Virus record (IMG/VR): IMGVR_UViG_3300046528_000120
Span: 1 to 64,000 of that record
Source: a virus
Lineage: Duplodnaviria; Caudoviricetes
Length of the DNA: 64,000 bases
Reading direction: 5' to 3' (one strand)
Shown here: positions 28,356 to 37,327 of the stretch, one piece after another
How positions within the stretch are numbered: the first letter of the stretch is position 1
Layout: each line of letters starts with the position of its first letter
Position numbers and translations under genes: made by a program
Notes under the pieces: generated by a model
The model's input: the letters and a program-made list of their open reading frames with translations, nothing else
Told to the model about the DNA's origin: nothing
Databases searched by the model: none

Positions 28356-29030
28356 ATGCCACGCATCAAACGCACAAGTTACCTGGAGTTCTGGCCAAAG
28401 CCGGCCGAACCCGCGCCGCCAGAGCCGGCCGCTGAGCCGTCGATAGCAATCCTGGTCGACTCGCTGAGCCAGCTTGAGACGCAACCGCTGACCGCCGAGG
28501 ACATGGAGAGGTGGGCGCGCCAGTTCGGCGGCATCACTGGCCTCGTGACCGGCCGCATGTCGTCGGGCCGCAGGAACCAAGAGCAGCCTGAGATTCAGCG
28601 CATTCCGATCAACGAGCTGCGCGGCGCGATTGCGGCCAACCCGCGTGCGGACGATCCCATGTTTCGCGCCATGCGGCACGGCCTGCTCTACGGTGTCTTG
28701 CCCCCGCTGCGCGTTAGCCTAGAACGGGATCAAGCCCGCGAGGCCGACGACATCCGTGCACGGATCAACGGCCAGATGCGACGGTATGTGGAGATGGACC
28801 TGGAAGCCGCCGACCTGCGCTGGCTTGGCAACCTGCACGATACCGCAATGTACGAAGCTGTACTGCTAGAAGATGCGCCTGTACCGACGCAAGAAGCTGA
28901 ACCCGAACAGCCGCGCACTGACCCGAAGCAGAGGCGCTATAACTATTACGAAGAGCGCCAACGGCACGGACGTGCACCGCCGCAGCCCTCATCGCTCTTG
29001 TCCAAACTGACGAGGCGTATCAATGGTTGA
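28356..29030 (+). CDS. Hypothetical protein
   Basis: 224-aa ORF. Confidence 0.6.
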   Translation: MPRIKRTSYLEFWPKPAEPAPPEPAAEPSIAILVDSLSQLETQPLTAEDMERWARQFGGITGLVTGRMSSGRRNQEQPEIQRIPINELRGAIAANPRADDPMFRAMRHGLLYGVLPPLRVSLERDQAREADDIRARINGQMRRYVEMDLEAADLRWLGNLHDTAMYEAVLLEDAPVPTQEAEPEQPRTDPKQRRYNYYEERQRHGRAPPQPSSLLSKLTRRING

Positions 29031-29230
29031 TCGCAATATCCCGGCGCACAAGCTGGACCTCTGGCTGCACTCAGCCACCTCCCCTGCACAGCGTAAGGCA
29101 CGCATGCGCTGGATTATTGCGTACTGCCACGGCGCGTCGTACCAGACCATGACTGCGATGGCGGCCTGCCCCACCACCCCGGCCGTGGCCGAAGAACAGA
29201 TCACCACCAACTTTGACCGAAGGAGACTGC

Positions 29231-29683
29231 ATGGAACCCACTGAACGCATCTACATACACGCTGTCCGACTCCAGGCTGTAGCAGAGCCGGCCCGCGCCC
29301 ACAACCCACGCAAGCCTGGACATGCCCGCATCCAGAAGAAGTGGAACAAACGCTTCGGCTACAAGAAGGTGCAGCGCGTCGCCCAGCCCGCAGACGGCAG
29401 CAGCCCGATCATGACCATGAGCATGAGCCGGCGCACGCTGCAAAAGCTGGAGACCGCCGCGCGCATCGCTAACGCGCCGACCCCCGAGCAGGCCCACGCC
29501 GCCTGGGAAGACGGGCTGGTCAAGCTGTGCGACGAGATGATCGAGCAGACTGACCACCACGGCCACGACAACTGTGAGTTCCGCTGCGCGGATCAGACCG
29601 AGGTGGATTACATCAAGTACTACATGGGCGAACGCCGGCCAAAACTGCGCTTGTGGTTTCTGGTCAACGGTCAGCCGGTATAG
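29231..29683 (+). CDS. Hypothetical protein
   Basis: AAGGAG RBS; RIQKKWNKRFG motif common in phage proteins. Confidence 0.7.
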   Translation: MEPTERIYIHAVRLQAVAEPARAHNPRKPGHARIQKKWNKRFGYKKVQRVAQPADGSSPIMTMSMSRRTLQKLETAARIANAPTPEQAHAAWEDGLVKLCDEMIEQTDHHGHDNCEFRCADQTEVDYIKYYMGERRPKLRLWFLVNGQPV

Positions 29684-29755
29684 CTGTAGGCCCCGGCCCG
29701 CGCTGGGGCGCTATAGTTGCAATCAATTTCAACCGTACCTCGAAAGGACGACAAC

Positions 29756-29980
29756 ATGACCACCGTGGCCAACATCGACAGCTTCATCGGCACCCTGGAA
29801 GCGCGCGAAGAAGTCGCCGGCATCACCGCCCGCGACCTGAAGGACCAGATCAGCTACTTGCGTGACAAGAAGCATGCGCACCTCGCCGCCGCTCTGGAGC
29901 GCGCCGCCTTCCACAACGACCGCGAGCTGGAGTTGATCCAAGCGATCCTGGCTGACGCCCGCAAGCTGCTCCGCGACTGA
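29756..29980 (+). CDS. Hypothetical protein
   Basis: Leader module. Confidence 0.65.
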   Translation: MTTVANIDSFIGTLEAREEVAGITARDLKDQISYLRDKKHAHLAAALERAAFHNDRELELIQAILADARKLLRD

Positions 29981-30049
29981 TCCGTACCCGTCCCGCGTGA
30001 GGCCCTATCATGGGGCTTCACCAACTCGTACCTAGAAAGGACGCCTGCC

Positions 30050-30253
30050 ATGCCCTACTTCCAGCTCCTGAATTGCTTCATCAACGCCGTGGCCTACGCC
30101 TACCACGCAGCGCACGGCCGCCCACTGGTCGATGAAGACCTCTCGATGGCATTCGACGCTGCGGACGTAGCGGCGCGCGGCAACCCTGGCGCGTCCATCC
30201 AGCAGATGCACGACCTCGGTGACGCCTACTTCGCGCGCGTCTACCACGACTGA
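30050..30253 (+). CDS. Hypothetical protein
   Basis: Leader module. Confidence 0.6.
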   Translation: MPYFQLLNCFINAVAYAYHAAHGRPLVDEDLSMAFDAADVAARGNPGASIQQMHDLGDAYFARVYHD

Positions 30254-30274
30254 TTGAAATCAATTGCAACGACC

Positions 30275-30586
30275 ATGCCCAAGCAACCTGTAAAGAACCC
30301 CAAGCTGCCGATCACTACCGCGTACTTCAAGCGTGACGGCAGCACCTTCCGCACCTACAGCAGCAACGCGGTGCGCGCCCTCATGCTGGCCACTGGCCAC
30401 ATGACCATGGATCACTACACGGCCGATACCGTGCACATCTATGATTCGCACAATGCTGACCTCTACTTCGAGCTGGCCCGCGCGCCGGGCGGCGTCGAAA
30501 TCCTGGACAAGTGCGACCTCAGTAAGCTGGACGATCCGTTGCGCAAGCGCCGCAAGTCGGTCGACTACCTGATGGCCGGGATATGA
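30275..30586 (+). CDS. Hypothetical protein
   Basis: Codon use. Confidence 0.65.
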   Translation: MPKQPVKNPKLPITTAYFKRDGSTFRTYSSNAVRALMLATGHMTMDHYTADTVHIYDSHNADLYFELARAPGGVEILDKCDLSKLDDPLRKRRKSVDYLMAGI

Positions 30587-30918
30587 TGAGTGAGATAGAC
30601 CTGAGCCGGCACATAAAATCGGACGGCACCGTTACCGGCATCAACTACGTGCGCCCGCGTGGCTTCAACACCAGGAACCGTGGCGCTGTCATCCGCGTCC
30701 AGGGCCTGGGCGGCAAGGAGACCATGCTGGGCTTCGGCACCACTCCTGCCGAGTTCGACGCCAACTACGCCCTGGCCGTCGACCGCTGGGCGGAAATGCG
30801 CGGTATCGCCCTCAGCGAGGAACAGCGAGCGGCCCTGCTCGTCACCCGCTTTGCCCTGATCTATAAGAATAAGATCAGCACCAAAACCATAACTGTTTTC
30901 GACTTCTACCAATCATGA
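30583..30918 (+). CDS. Hypothetical protein
   Basis: ATGA coupling. Confidence 0.65.
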   Translation: MMSEIDLSRHIKSDGTVTGINYVRPRGFNTRNRGAVIRVQGLGGKETMLGFGTTPAEFDANYALAVDRWAEMRGIALSEEQRAALLVTRFALIYKNKISTKTITVFDFYQS

Positions 30919-31190
30919 AATACATCGTTCTTGCTGTTCCAATTGGTGGCATGCAGCGCATGATGCCGATCATTTTCCCTAACCTGCTCGCGCACGCTAG
31001 TGTAGCCGAGACCATGTTAGCTTCGCCGGAGTTCAAGGGCGCCACGGTGCGCTCCGCTGGCCACTTCAGCAGCATGGACCTGGAAGACGTGCAAATCGCA
31101 GATGAGGGTAGCACCTCGCTCGGCGTCGGCCCGCACCCTGACGATAGCCTGTTGATCCGCCTGCACGACTATCGACATGGCATCGAATAG
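30915..31190 (+). CDS. Conserved phage hypothetical protein
   Basis: MKYIV…PIIFP…H…SAG…G.STSLG pattern. Confidence 0.7.
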   Translation: MKYIVLAVPIGGMQRMMPIIFPNLLAHASVAETMLASPEFKGATVRSAGHFSSMDLEDVQIADEGSTSLGVGPHPDDSLLIRLHDYRHGIE

Positions 31191-31191
31191 C

Positions 31192-31386
31192 ATGCGCCCC
31201 AAGTTCCGCCTGCTCTACGCCAGCAAGCCGCGTGGCCGCCACCACCACTGGGCCAACAGCGAGTTCACCAAGTTCAGCTATCCCTGCGTGATGGATGACT
31301 TCGGGAATAGCGTGCCGGTCGCAGGGCCGCGCGGTGGCATAAGCCGGTATCACCAGCGCCCGTACTATATCTACTGGCGCACCTGA
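31192..31386 (+). CDS. Small DDFGN-motif protein
   Basis: Contains CVMDDFGNSV. Confidence 0.55.
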   Translation: MRPKFRLLYASKPRGRHHHWANSEFTKFSYPCVMDDFGNSVPVAGPRGGISRYHQRPYYIYWRT

Positions 31387-31407
31387 CCATTTCAACCTGG
31401 AGACACC

Positions 31408-31887
31408 ATGCAACTTGAAGTTCGCAGCACCAAGCTGTTCTATGACGGCAATGAAGGTGAGGCCCCTGCGGGCAGCACGCGCACGGTCAACCTGCTGGAA
31501 AATGCCGAGTTCCTGGCCAAGTACGGGCATTGCCCGATCAACCGCCTGCCCGAGTACGCCGCCGAGATGGTCGCGCGCTGGAACCGCCTTCAGCCCAAGA
31601 ATTGGCGCTACGAGCTGATCCTGACCGATGTAACGCCGGGCCGTGTCATCACGCTCCCGCTCACCGTGCACGACTTGCTGCCCGGCTTCCGCTACACCTA
31701 CCACTACCTCCACCAGGACAGGATCGTGTACAGCTCTGTAACCATCCTCAGCATTGGTGACGGCGTCGTCCGCTACCGGCCGAACCTCGAAGGACGCGAG
31801 AACGAAGTCCTGCGCATGGACACCGACAAGTTCCTGAGCATCATCGACCTGCATACGATGCCGACCCACGAAGGCGCCCCTGAATAA
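31408..31887 (+). CDS. Hypothetical protein
   Basis: GGAG RBS. Confidence 0.7.
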   Translation: MQLEVRSTKLFYDGNEGEAPAGSTRTVNLLENAEFLAKYGHCPINRLPEYAAEMVARWNRLQPKNWRYELILTDVTPGRVITLPLTVHDLLPGFRYTYHYLHQDRIVYSSVTILSIGDGVVRYRPNLEGRENEVLRMDTDKFLSIIDLHTMPTHEGAPE

Positions 31888-31917
31888 CGTTGCAATCAAT
31901 TTCAACCTGGAGGATAT

Positions 31918-32205
31918 ATGCAAGTTCTCAGCGCAACCGCCGCGCACCACGCCGGCATTAAGCTGGTCATCATCAAGAGCCTTGAGACTCGTGGGATCAT
32001 CGTCGTCACCGACCCACGCACCGGCACCGACTATTCGCTGTACCTCAGCAAGGTCACAACGGTAAAGCTGTATCGGTTCGCGGAGCGCCAGGGCTACACC
32101 AAAGACCACCAACTTGTGGGGGCCGAGCTGACCACGGAACCTCTGCATACGGCAGGTGGTAAAGCGATAGGCACGTATTTCTGGGAGCCGCGCCTGCCCG
32201 CCTAA
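31918..32205 (+). CDS. Hypothetical protein
   Basis: GGAGG RBS. Confidence 0.65.
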   Translation: MQVLSATAAHHAGIKLVIIKSLETRGIIVVTDPRTGTDYSLYLSKVTTVKLYRFAERQGYTKDHQLVGAELTTEPLHTAGGKAIGTYFWEPRLPA

Positions 32206-32245
32206 TTCGTGCACCCTGCCTACTTCACCATAAAGGAATAAATAT

Positions 32246-32434
32246 ATGCGACTGTCTGATCTACTCGCGCACCTGGAGAATGTCAGGGAACAGCACGGTG
32301 ACCCCGAAGTCATGACGGCTGACTGGGAGCACATGCGGTTGCAGCCGGTAGAGAACGCTGCCATCGTGATGCACCATGACCGTGAAGTCTTGGTGATCAC
32401 CGACATTGATCCAACCGAAGTTGGCTGGGGATAA
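32246..32434 (+). CDS. Hypothetical protein
   Basis: AAGGA RBS; MRLSDLLAHLENVREQHGDPEV resembles a small phage family. Confidence 0.65.
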   Translation: MRLSDLLAHLENVREQHGDPEVMTADWEHMRLQPVENAAIVMHHDREVLVITDIDPTEVGWG

Positions 32435-32609
32435 TTCGCGCGCCCTGCCTACTCACATATAGGAATATCCATGAGACAGAAAATACTCCTGGCCCTCTTC
32501 ACCCTGTTCTACACCCTGGCCTGGATCAGCGGCGGAATGTTCCTGCATGCGTCCCTGTTTTGCGCGCCCGCTAACCACCATATATCCCACAAATAGAGAG
32601 GACTGAATT

Positions 32610-32987
32610 ATGAAAGCCAGTATCACCGCCCGCGCTGTATTCGCCATCCCGCAATTCACTTCGGAACAGATTGCCATGCTGATCAAGCTCTCGGAGTTGC
32701 ACTACGATGCAACCTGCCGCGCCGCCAGCCGCGAAGCAGTACCACGCGGGTTCCTGCGTATCTGGGAGAAGCTGTCGGATCGCACCGAACACTTCTTCAT
32801 CGAGACCCCGATCCTGGCGGAATGGAGCGAGCTGGATTTGTCCCTGAAGATGATGGAGGGTCGCTTCGGTTTGTCCGAGGAAGAACTGAAGCTGAAGGAT
32901 ACGCTGTCGCTGGATTTCAGTATCCTCCTGCTTAACGCGCGCCGCGCCATTGACCTGTGGAAGGTAGAAGTGGACACCGACAAATAA
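32610..32987 (+). CDS. Hypothetical protein
   Basis: GAGGA RBS. Confidence 0.65.
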   Translation: MKASITARAVFAIPQFTSEQIAMLIKLSELHYDATCRAASREAVPRGFLRIWEKLSDRTEHFFIETPILAEWSELDLSLKMMEGRFGLSEEELKLKDTLSLDFSILLLNARRAIDLWKVEVDTDK

Positions 32988-33030
32988 TTCGCGCGCCATG
33001 TCTACCCCTGTATAAAGGACATTCCTGTAT

Positions 33031-33201
33031 ATGCTGAAACTCCCTTACGTCACCTACGAAGAAAACGGTAAATGGTATGTCGGTGTCGAGCGCGATACCG
33101 GCCCTGGCCACGAGCAGCACGCCGGCCCGTACGGCACCGAGGATGAAGCAGACGAGCACCGCTACGAACTGGACTACGCCCAGGAACATCCTGACCAATA
33201 A
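33031..33201 (+). CDS. Small acidic hypothetical protein
   Basis: MLKLPYVTYEENGKWYV…AGPYGTEDEA (56 aa); AAGGA RBS. Confidence 0.55.
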   Translation: MLKLPYVTYEENGKWYVGVERDTGPGHEQHAGPYGTEDEADEHRYELDYAQEHPDQ

Positions 33202-34098
33202 TCGCGCCCGGTAGCACCTATATACTGCACAAATAGAAGGGAATAATTAATCTGCGGGCCGTCCCTGTAAATTCGCGCGCCCCGTAATAACCATATACAA
33301 ATAATCCATATAATTAATCATATAAATAGACTGTCCTACTCCTACTCTTGTGTTTCCAATTCTTTCATCTGACAGCACATTTTTTGCCGCTGAACAGAAT
33401 TTGAAATCAATTTCAGGATTATTGTGTCTATACGGGTAGGCTTGTGTCTATCTATAGGGGGAATATGTGTAGTGCCGGGGCGCCGAACGCGCGGATCGCC
33501 CTACTTCCATGTGTGGTACGCTGGAGGCGTACCCAGTGAAATCGCCTGCAACGAATTAATTAATTAAATCCCTTATATATAGGAATAATTAATTAAATTA
33601 ATTCTGGGGCGCACAAATTCCCTCGTGATCCCCTACCCTATCCCTTTGCAATCAATTTCAAGGAGCCTTTGTGTTCATCGACGACGACATCTACCTGCAT
33701 GAGATGCACCGCTATTTCATCGACGCGGCCCGCTATGACTATGTGCAGTTCTTCCGCGCAGGCGTGCACGCTGGCGAGTTCATTCGCTTGTACTGCTGCA
33801 TTTGAATCCTGGGCACTGCGCCTTCATAATCTCCCGCCTGACTCCCATCGTGGTGCTGTCATGATCCTGGCTGCTGCCTGGGCATGGTGCGCTCATAACT
33901 ATCCTGCTGCTGTCGATGCTGCTGCTGCCAGATCGTGGGCTGGTGTCACGCAATACTGGTGCTGGTGGTGGTGCTGCTGGTGCTGTCATGCGTGGCTCAT
34001 GAAACATCGTGGTGCTGCTGGTGACCGGGTCACAACTGGAGCGCACGCACATTCGTGATGAGTCACAATGCAATCAATTTCAACGACCGGAGGATATT

Positions 34099-34299
34099 GT
34101 GGCTAATGTGATGGTAGTCGTGACGGAGACCCGCGAGGTGGCGCACACCTGCACCAGCGTGGAGAGCGCTGAATCTTTCATCGCTGGTATTGTGTTCGCC
34201 GCCAAGCTCAGCGGTGATACCGATCTGGTGGCGTTCGTCGAGGCAGGGGGCTATGAGATCGACGCGCCGGAGGAACTGGTCAACCCGACCAAGCGCTGA
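34099..34299 (+). CDS. Hypothetical protein
   Basis: GGAGG RBS before GTG. Confidence 0.55.
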   Translation: MANVMVVVTETREVAHTCTSVESAESFIAGIVFAAKLSGDTDLVAFVEAGGYEIDAPEELVNPTKR

Positions 34300-34344
34300 G
34301 CGCCGACAATACTCATTCCTCAACCAGACCTCGAAAGGCTGAAC

Positions 34345-34599
34345 ATGAACCTGTTTGAAACGCTGCAAAAGGCCAACGCCGACCTGACCAACGATGTGAA
34401 CGAACTGCGCGCCAGCACGAATAACCCGAATCCGTGCTATCCCTGCGACGACAAAGCTGCGACAATTTTCGAGGACGTGCGCGACAATTGCATCTACCTG
34501 ATGATCGGGCACCACCACATCACCGTGATGGCCGATGGCACCATCCTGCACAACGCGCCGGAACTGAACGGCCCGCAGCGCGTGGACCCGTTCAACTGA
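34345..34599 (+). CDS. Hypothetical protein
   Basis: Leader module. Confidence 0.65.
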   Translation: MNLFETLQKANADLTNDVNELRASTNNPNPCYPCDDKAATIFEDVRDNCIYLMIGHHHITVMADGTILHNAPELNGPQRVDPFN

Positions 34600-34820
34600 T
34601 TGCAATCAATTGCAGGGTGCTCGCGGCAAATCGTGGGCACCCTAATACTATACTGCTGATCCTCCCTCCAACGTGGTGCTGCTGCCGGCGTGCTGCTGCG
34701 CCGTGACGCCCTGGTGCTGCTGCTGGTGGGGATTGCAACTGATTGCAAACTGGTCGGCGCGCGCCCTTGTGCACCCCCATAATGGAATCTCTTTCACCGC
34801 TACCTAGATTGGAGCTGAAC

Positions 34821-35015
34821 ATGGCAAATGCTGCATTTGACGCTGGATACGACGCCTGCTACGACGGCGTGCGCGCCACCCAAAATCCCCACACTGTTTC
34901 GCAAGCCGCCTACTGGGACTGGCAGCGCGGCTGGGACACCGCCAACGGTGAGATGCTGACCGAGCGTGATTGCGCTGAAGTGGACGACGAGGAATACGCT
35001 GCCACCTATTACTGA
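34821..35015 (+). CDS. Small Rmf/CrpP-fold-like protein
   Basis: AFDAGYDACYDG…NPH…WQRGW; leader module. Confidence 0.6.
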   Translation: MANAAFDAGYDACYDGVRATQNPHTVSQAAYWDWQRGWDTANGEMLTERDCAEVDDEEYAATYY

Positions 35016-35090
35016 CCCAACTGGGGCGCATTGCGCAGCGCGTGCCGCCCCATAATGGAACCTTACCAACCGACCTTGAAAGGCGACCCT

Positions 35091-35333
35091 GTGAAAACCA
35101 CCACCCACCTGCAATTCTCCTACACCAGTGACACCCTGAACTTGATGGTCCGCGCCGTGTCGTTCACCGAGCGTGCCGGCGGCGTCCCTGACCTCCACCG
35201 CGTCCGTGTCATCAAGGACGAGAGTGATTACTTCCTGTCGTTCAACGAGCCGGCTGACGCTGTGGCGGAGGCGAACAAGGTGGCGCGCGATTTCGCGACC
35301 CTGATGCTGGACGACATGCACGCCAAGCTCTGA
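35091..35333 (+). CDS. Hypothetical protein
   Basis: Leader module before GTG. Confidence 0.6.
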   Translation: MKTTTHLQFSYTSDTLNLMVRAVSFTERAGGVPDLHRVRVIKDESDYFLSFNEPADAVAEANKVARDFATLMLDDMHAKL

Positions 35334-35412
35334 TCTTGCAACTGATTGCAACGCCGGGGCCGTGAGGCCCCATACTAACAACTCATCAACGACACCTAGA
35401 AAGGGTACTGAC

Positions 35413-35688
35413 ATGGCAACTGCAATTGGCTTCTACGCGGGTGAAGGCAGCAACCCGGCCGAACTGGCGGAACCGGGTAACAAGGAACTGATCGTCATCC
35501 GCGTTCCGGAATGGACTGCGCCGGCCGTGGTGCGCGAGAACCTGACCGAACAATTCCTGGCGCAGCGCTTCCCCACGACGCCGAGTGCGATCATCGACTA
35601 CCTGGACGACATCGTGCTCGTGAGCGTGATCGACGACGATGGCACCGTGCGCAGCGGCGAGCAGTACGACCGTGATTCCGCCGAATAA
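35413..35688 (+). CDS. Hypothetical protein
   Basis: Leader module. Confidence 0.65.
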   Translation: MATAIGFYAGEGSNPAELAEPGNKELIVIRVPEWTAPAVVRENLTEQFLAQRFPTTPSAIIDYLDDIVLVSVIDDDGTVRSGEQYDRDSAE

Positions 35689-35761
35689 CTGTTGCACACC
35701 GGGGCGCGCTGGCGCCCCATAATGAAGTCTCTACCAACCGCTACCTCGAAGGAGCACTGCA

Positions 35762-36196
35762 ATGTCCGAAGCCCTGAAGAAAATCCTGACCGCCGCCGTG
35801 CGCGCTATCCATACCGATTCGTGCGAGTGCGGTATGCAAACCGTGCACCTGACCAAAGTCGCCCAGTTCGGTGACGAGGATCGCGGTGCCGGCGTGTACC
35901 GTGACAGCGACTGGAACGAGTACCGCGTGCTGACGGTCGGCGATGGTGTACACCTGAAGGGCGCTGATTATCATACGGGTGACAAACAGGACGCCCTCGA
36001 CACCGCTGAACTGATCACCAAGCCGAACCAGCGGGAAGAGCCGGTGGCGGCTGAGACCGAGGAAGCGCGCCCCCTGCCTACTCGCCCTCGTGGCTTCTAC
36101 GCGCAGCCGTCCAGCCTGTTGGATAAACTCCTGGGGCGCCTGGACCCGCCGAAGCGTGAGACGTACGCCGACGTCCTGTTGCGCGGCGCTGACTAA
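35762..36196 (+). CDS. Hypothetical protein
   Basis: Leader module; VYRDSDWNEYRV…ADYHT.DK.DA..TA. Confidence 0.7.
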   Translation: MSEALKKILTAAVRAIHTDSCECGMQTVHLTKVAQFGDEDRGAGVYRDSDWNEYRVLTVGDGVHLKGADYHTGDKQDALDTAELITKPNQREEPVAAETEEARPLPTRPRGFYAQPSSLLDKLLGRLDPPKRETYADVLLRGAD

Positions 36197-36219
36197 TCCC
36201 CTCCCTGGTTAATCCGGTT

Positions 36220-36256
36220 GCCGTGTACTACGTTGAATCGTGGGCACGGCTTTTTT
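36220..36256 (+). terminator. Rho-independent terminator
   Basis: GCCGTG…CACGGC stem followed by T6. Confidence 0.7.
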
Positions 36257-36692
36257 ATAACCGGAGCGCTGCTGTCCTACTCGTGGTGCTGCGGCCCTGG
36301 TGAGTGGCCCCTGGCTGCTGCCTGACTGCTGCTGGTGCTGCTGCCTGGGTGGACTGGCTGCTGGCTGGCTGGTGCTGGACCGTGGGCACTGCCTGATAAC
36401 TACTGGTGCTGCCAGCCTAGTGGTCCTGGCCGTGCCACCAAACCTGGACCAGCCAGGATGTCTGGAGCGGGCGCACGCGCCCAGCGCATCCGCGCAAATA
36501 GCGCAAGATTCCAGAAGCCGTCAAGCGGAATGTAGAAAGTCACGTAAAAACAACATCGAAAAATATTTTGTCTTTTTTGCGCTCGATTCGTTTAACTCGA
36601 CAAAATAGCTTTATAATTCGTCTCAGGTTGCAGCGAAACGCGCAGCCCCGGCCAGATGGCCCTAACCTAAACTACCTAGAACGGAGTCTTAA

Positions 36693-37259
36693 ATGAAAAA
36701 CGCAATCGCTCAAATCGTCGCTCAAAATGATGTCGCTCAGAACATCGCCGCAGAAGACAAGAAAGCCGCCGCAGCAAAGCCGGCCCGCACCCAGCGCCCC
36801 GCAGTCAAGAAAGAAGAGAAAGCCGCCCAGACCACCGCGCCGGCCGCATCGGTAGCAGCCGCCGCCGTCGCAGTCTTCCCGGTCTCCTTCATGCTCAACC
36901 CTTCGATTCGTCCGGGTTCGGGCGCGCCCCTCTTCAGCCATACCGAAGCCGCCTTGCAAGTTCTCGGAATGTACGAGGGCAAAGCGTATGCGTATGAGGT
37001 TCTCGCCGCCATCATGGGCGATACCGCCATCAAGTATCACACCAAGATGAAGCGCTTCACGGAAGGCAAGAAAGGCTTGTCCCTCACCTCGGACGGCAAA
37101 GCGCATTTCCAGAAACGCGGCATCGCAGGCAACAAAGAGCGTTTCGTTGCGCAGGATGTCGAATCGTACAAAGAGATTTTCAAGGCCGGAAAAGCCGATG
37201 GCCGCATGGTCAAGAATCAAGCCATGATTAAGCCGTTCGCACCGAACGCGGTTAAGTAA
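36693..37259 (+). CDS. Basic hypothetical protein with an Ala/Lys-rich N-terminus
   Basis: GGAG RBS; TATAAT at 36612 in the AT-rich upstream region. Confidence 0.75.
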   Translation: MKNAIAQIVAQNDVAQNIAAEDKKAAAAKPARTQRPAVKKEEKAAQTTAPAASVAAAAVAVFPVSFMLNPSIRPGSGAPLFSHTEAALQVLGMYEGKAYAYEVLAAIMGDTAIKYHTKMKRFTEGKKGLSLTSDGKAHFQKRGIAGNKERFVAQDVESYKEIFKAGKADGRMVKNQAMIKPFAPNAVK

Positions 37260-37327
37260 TCCGCAAGGGGGCGCGCGCCGCCCCCTCTCATCCGCCCTTG
37301 CAATCAATTTCAACATCGGAGTAAATC

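Larger units (their letters stand above)
16931..36684 (+). promoter_or_regulatory. Repeated gene-leader module: GC-rich box, TAnnAT-like -10, ACCTNGA(A)AGG/RBS; 19 copies
   Basis: CCTnGA..GG core at 16931, 19436, 20172, 20807, 22218, 22337, 22914, 23708, 24731, 24992, 26992, 29738, 30031, 34329, 34803, 35074, 35395, 35744, 36675, each 6-10 nt before a start codon. Confidence 0.85.

Noticed and set aside
33669-34058. Cys/Trp-rich ORFs at 33669-34058 and 36300-36608
   Set aside because: They arise from TGC/TGG low-complexity tracts with implausible composition; treated as non-coding.
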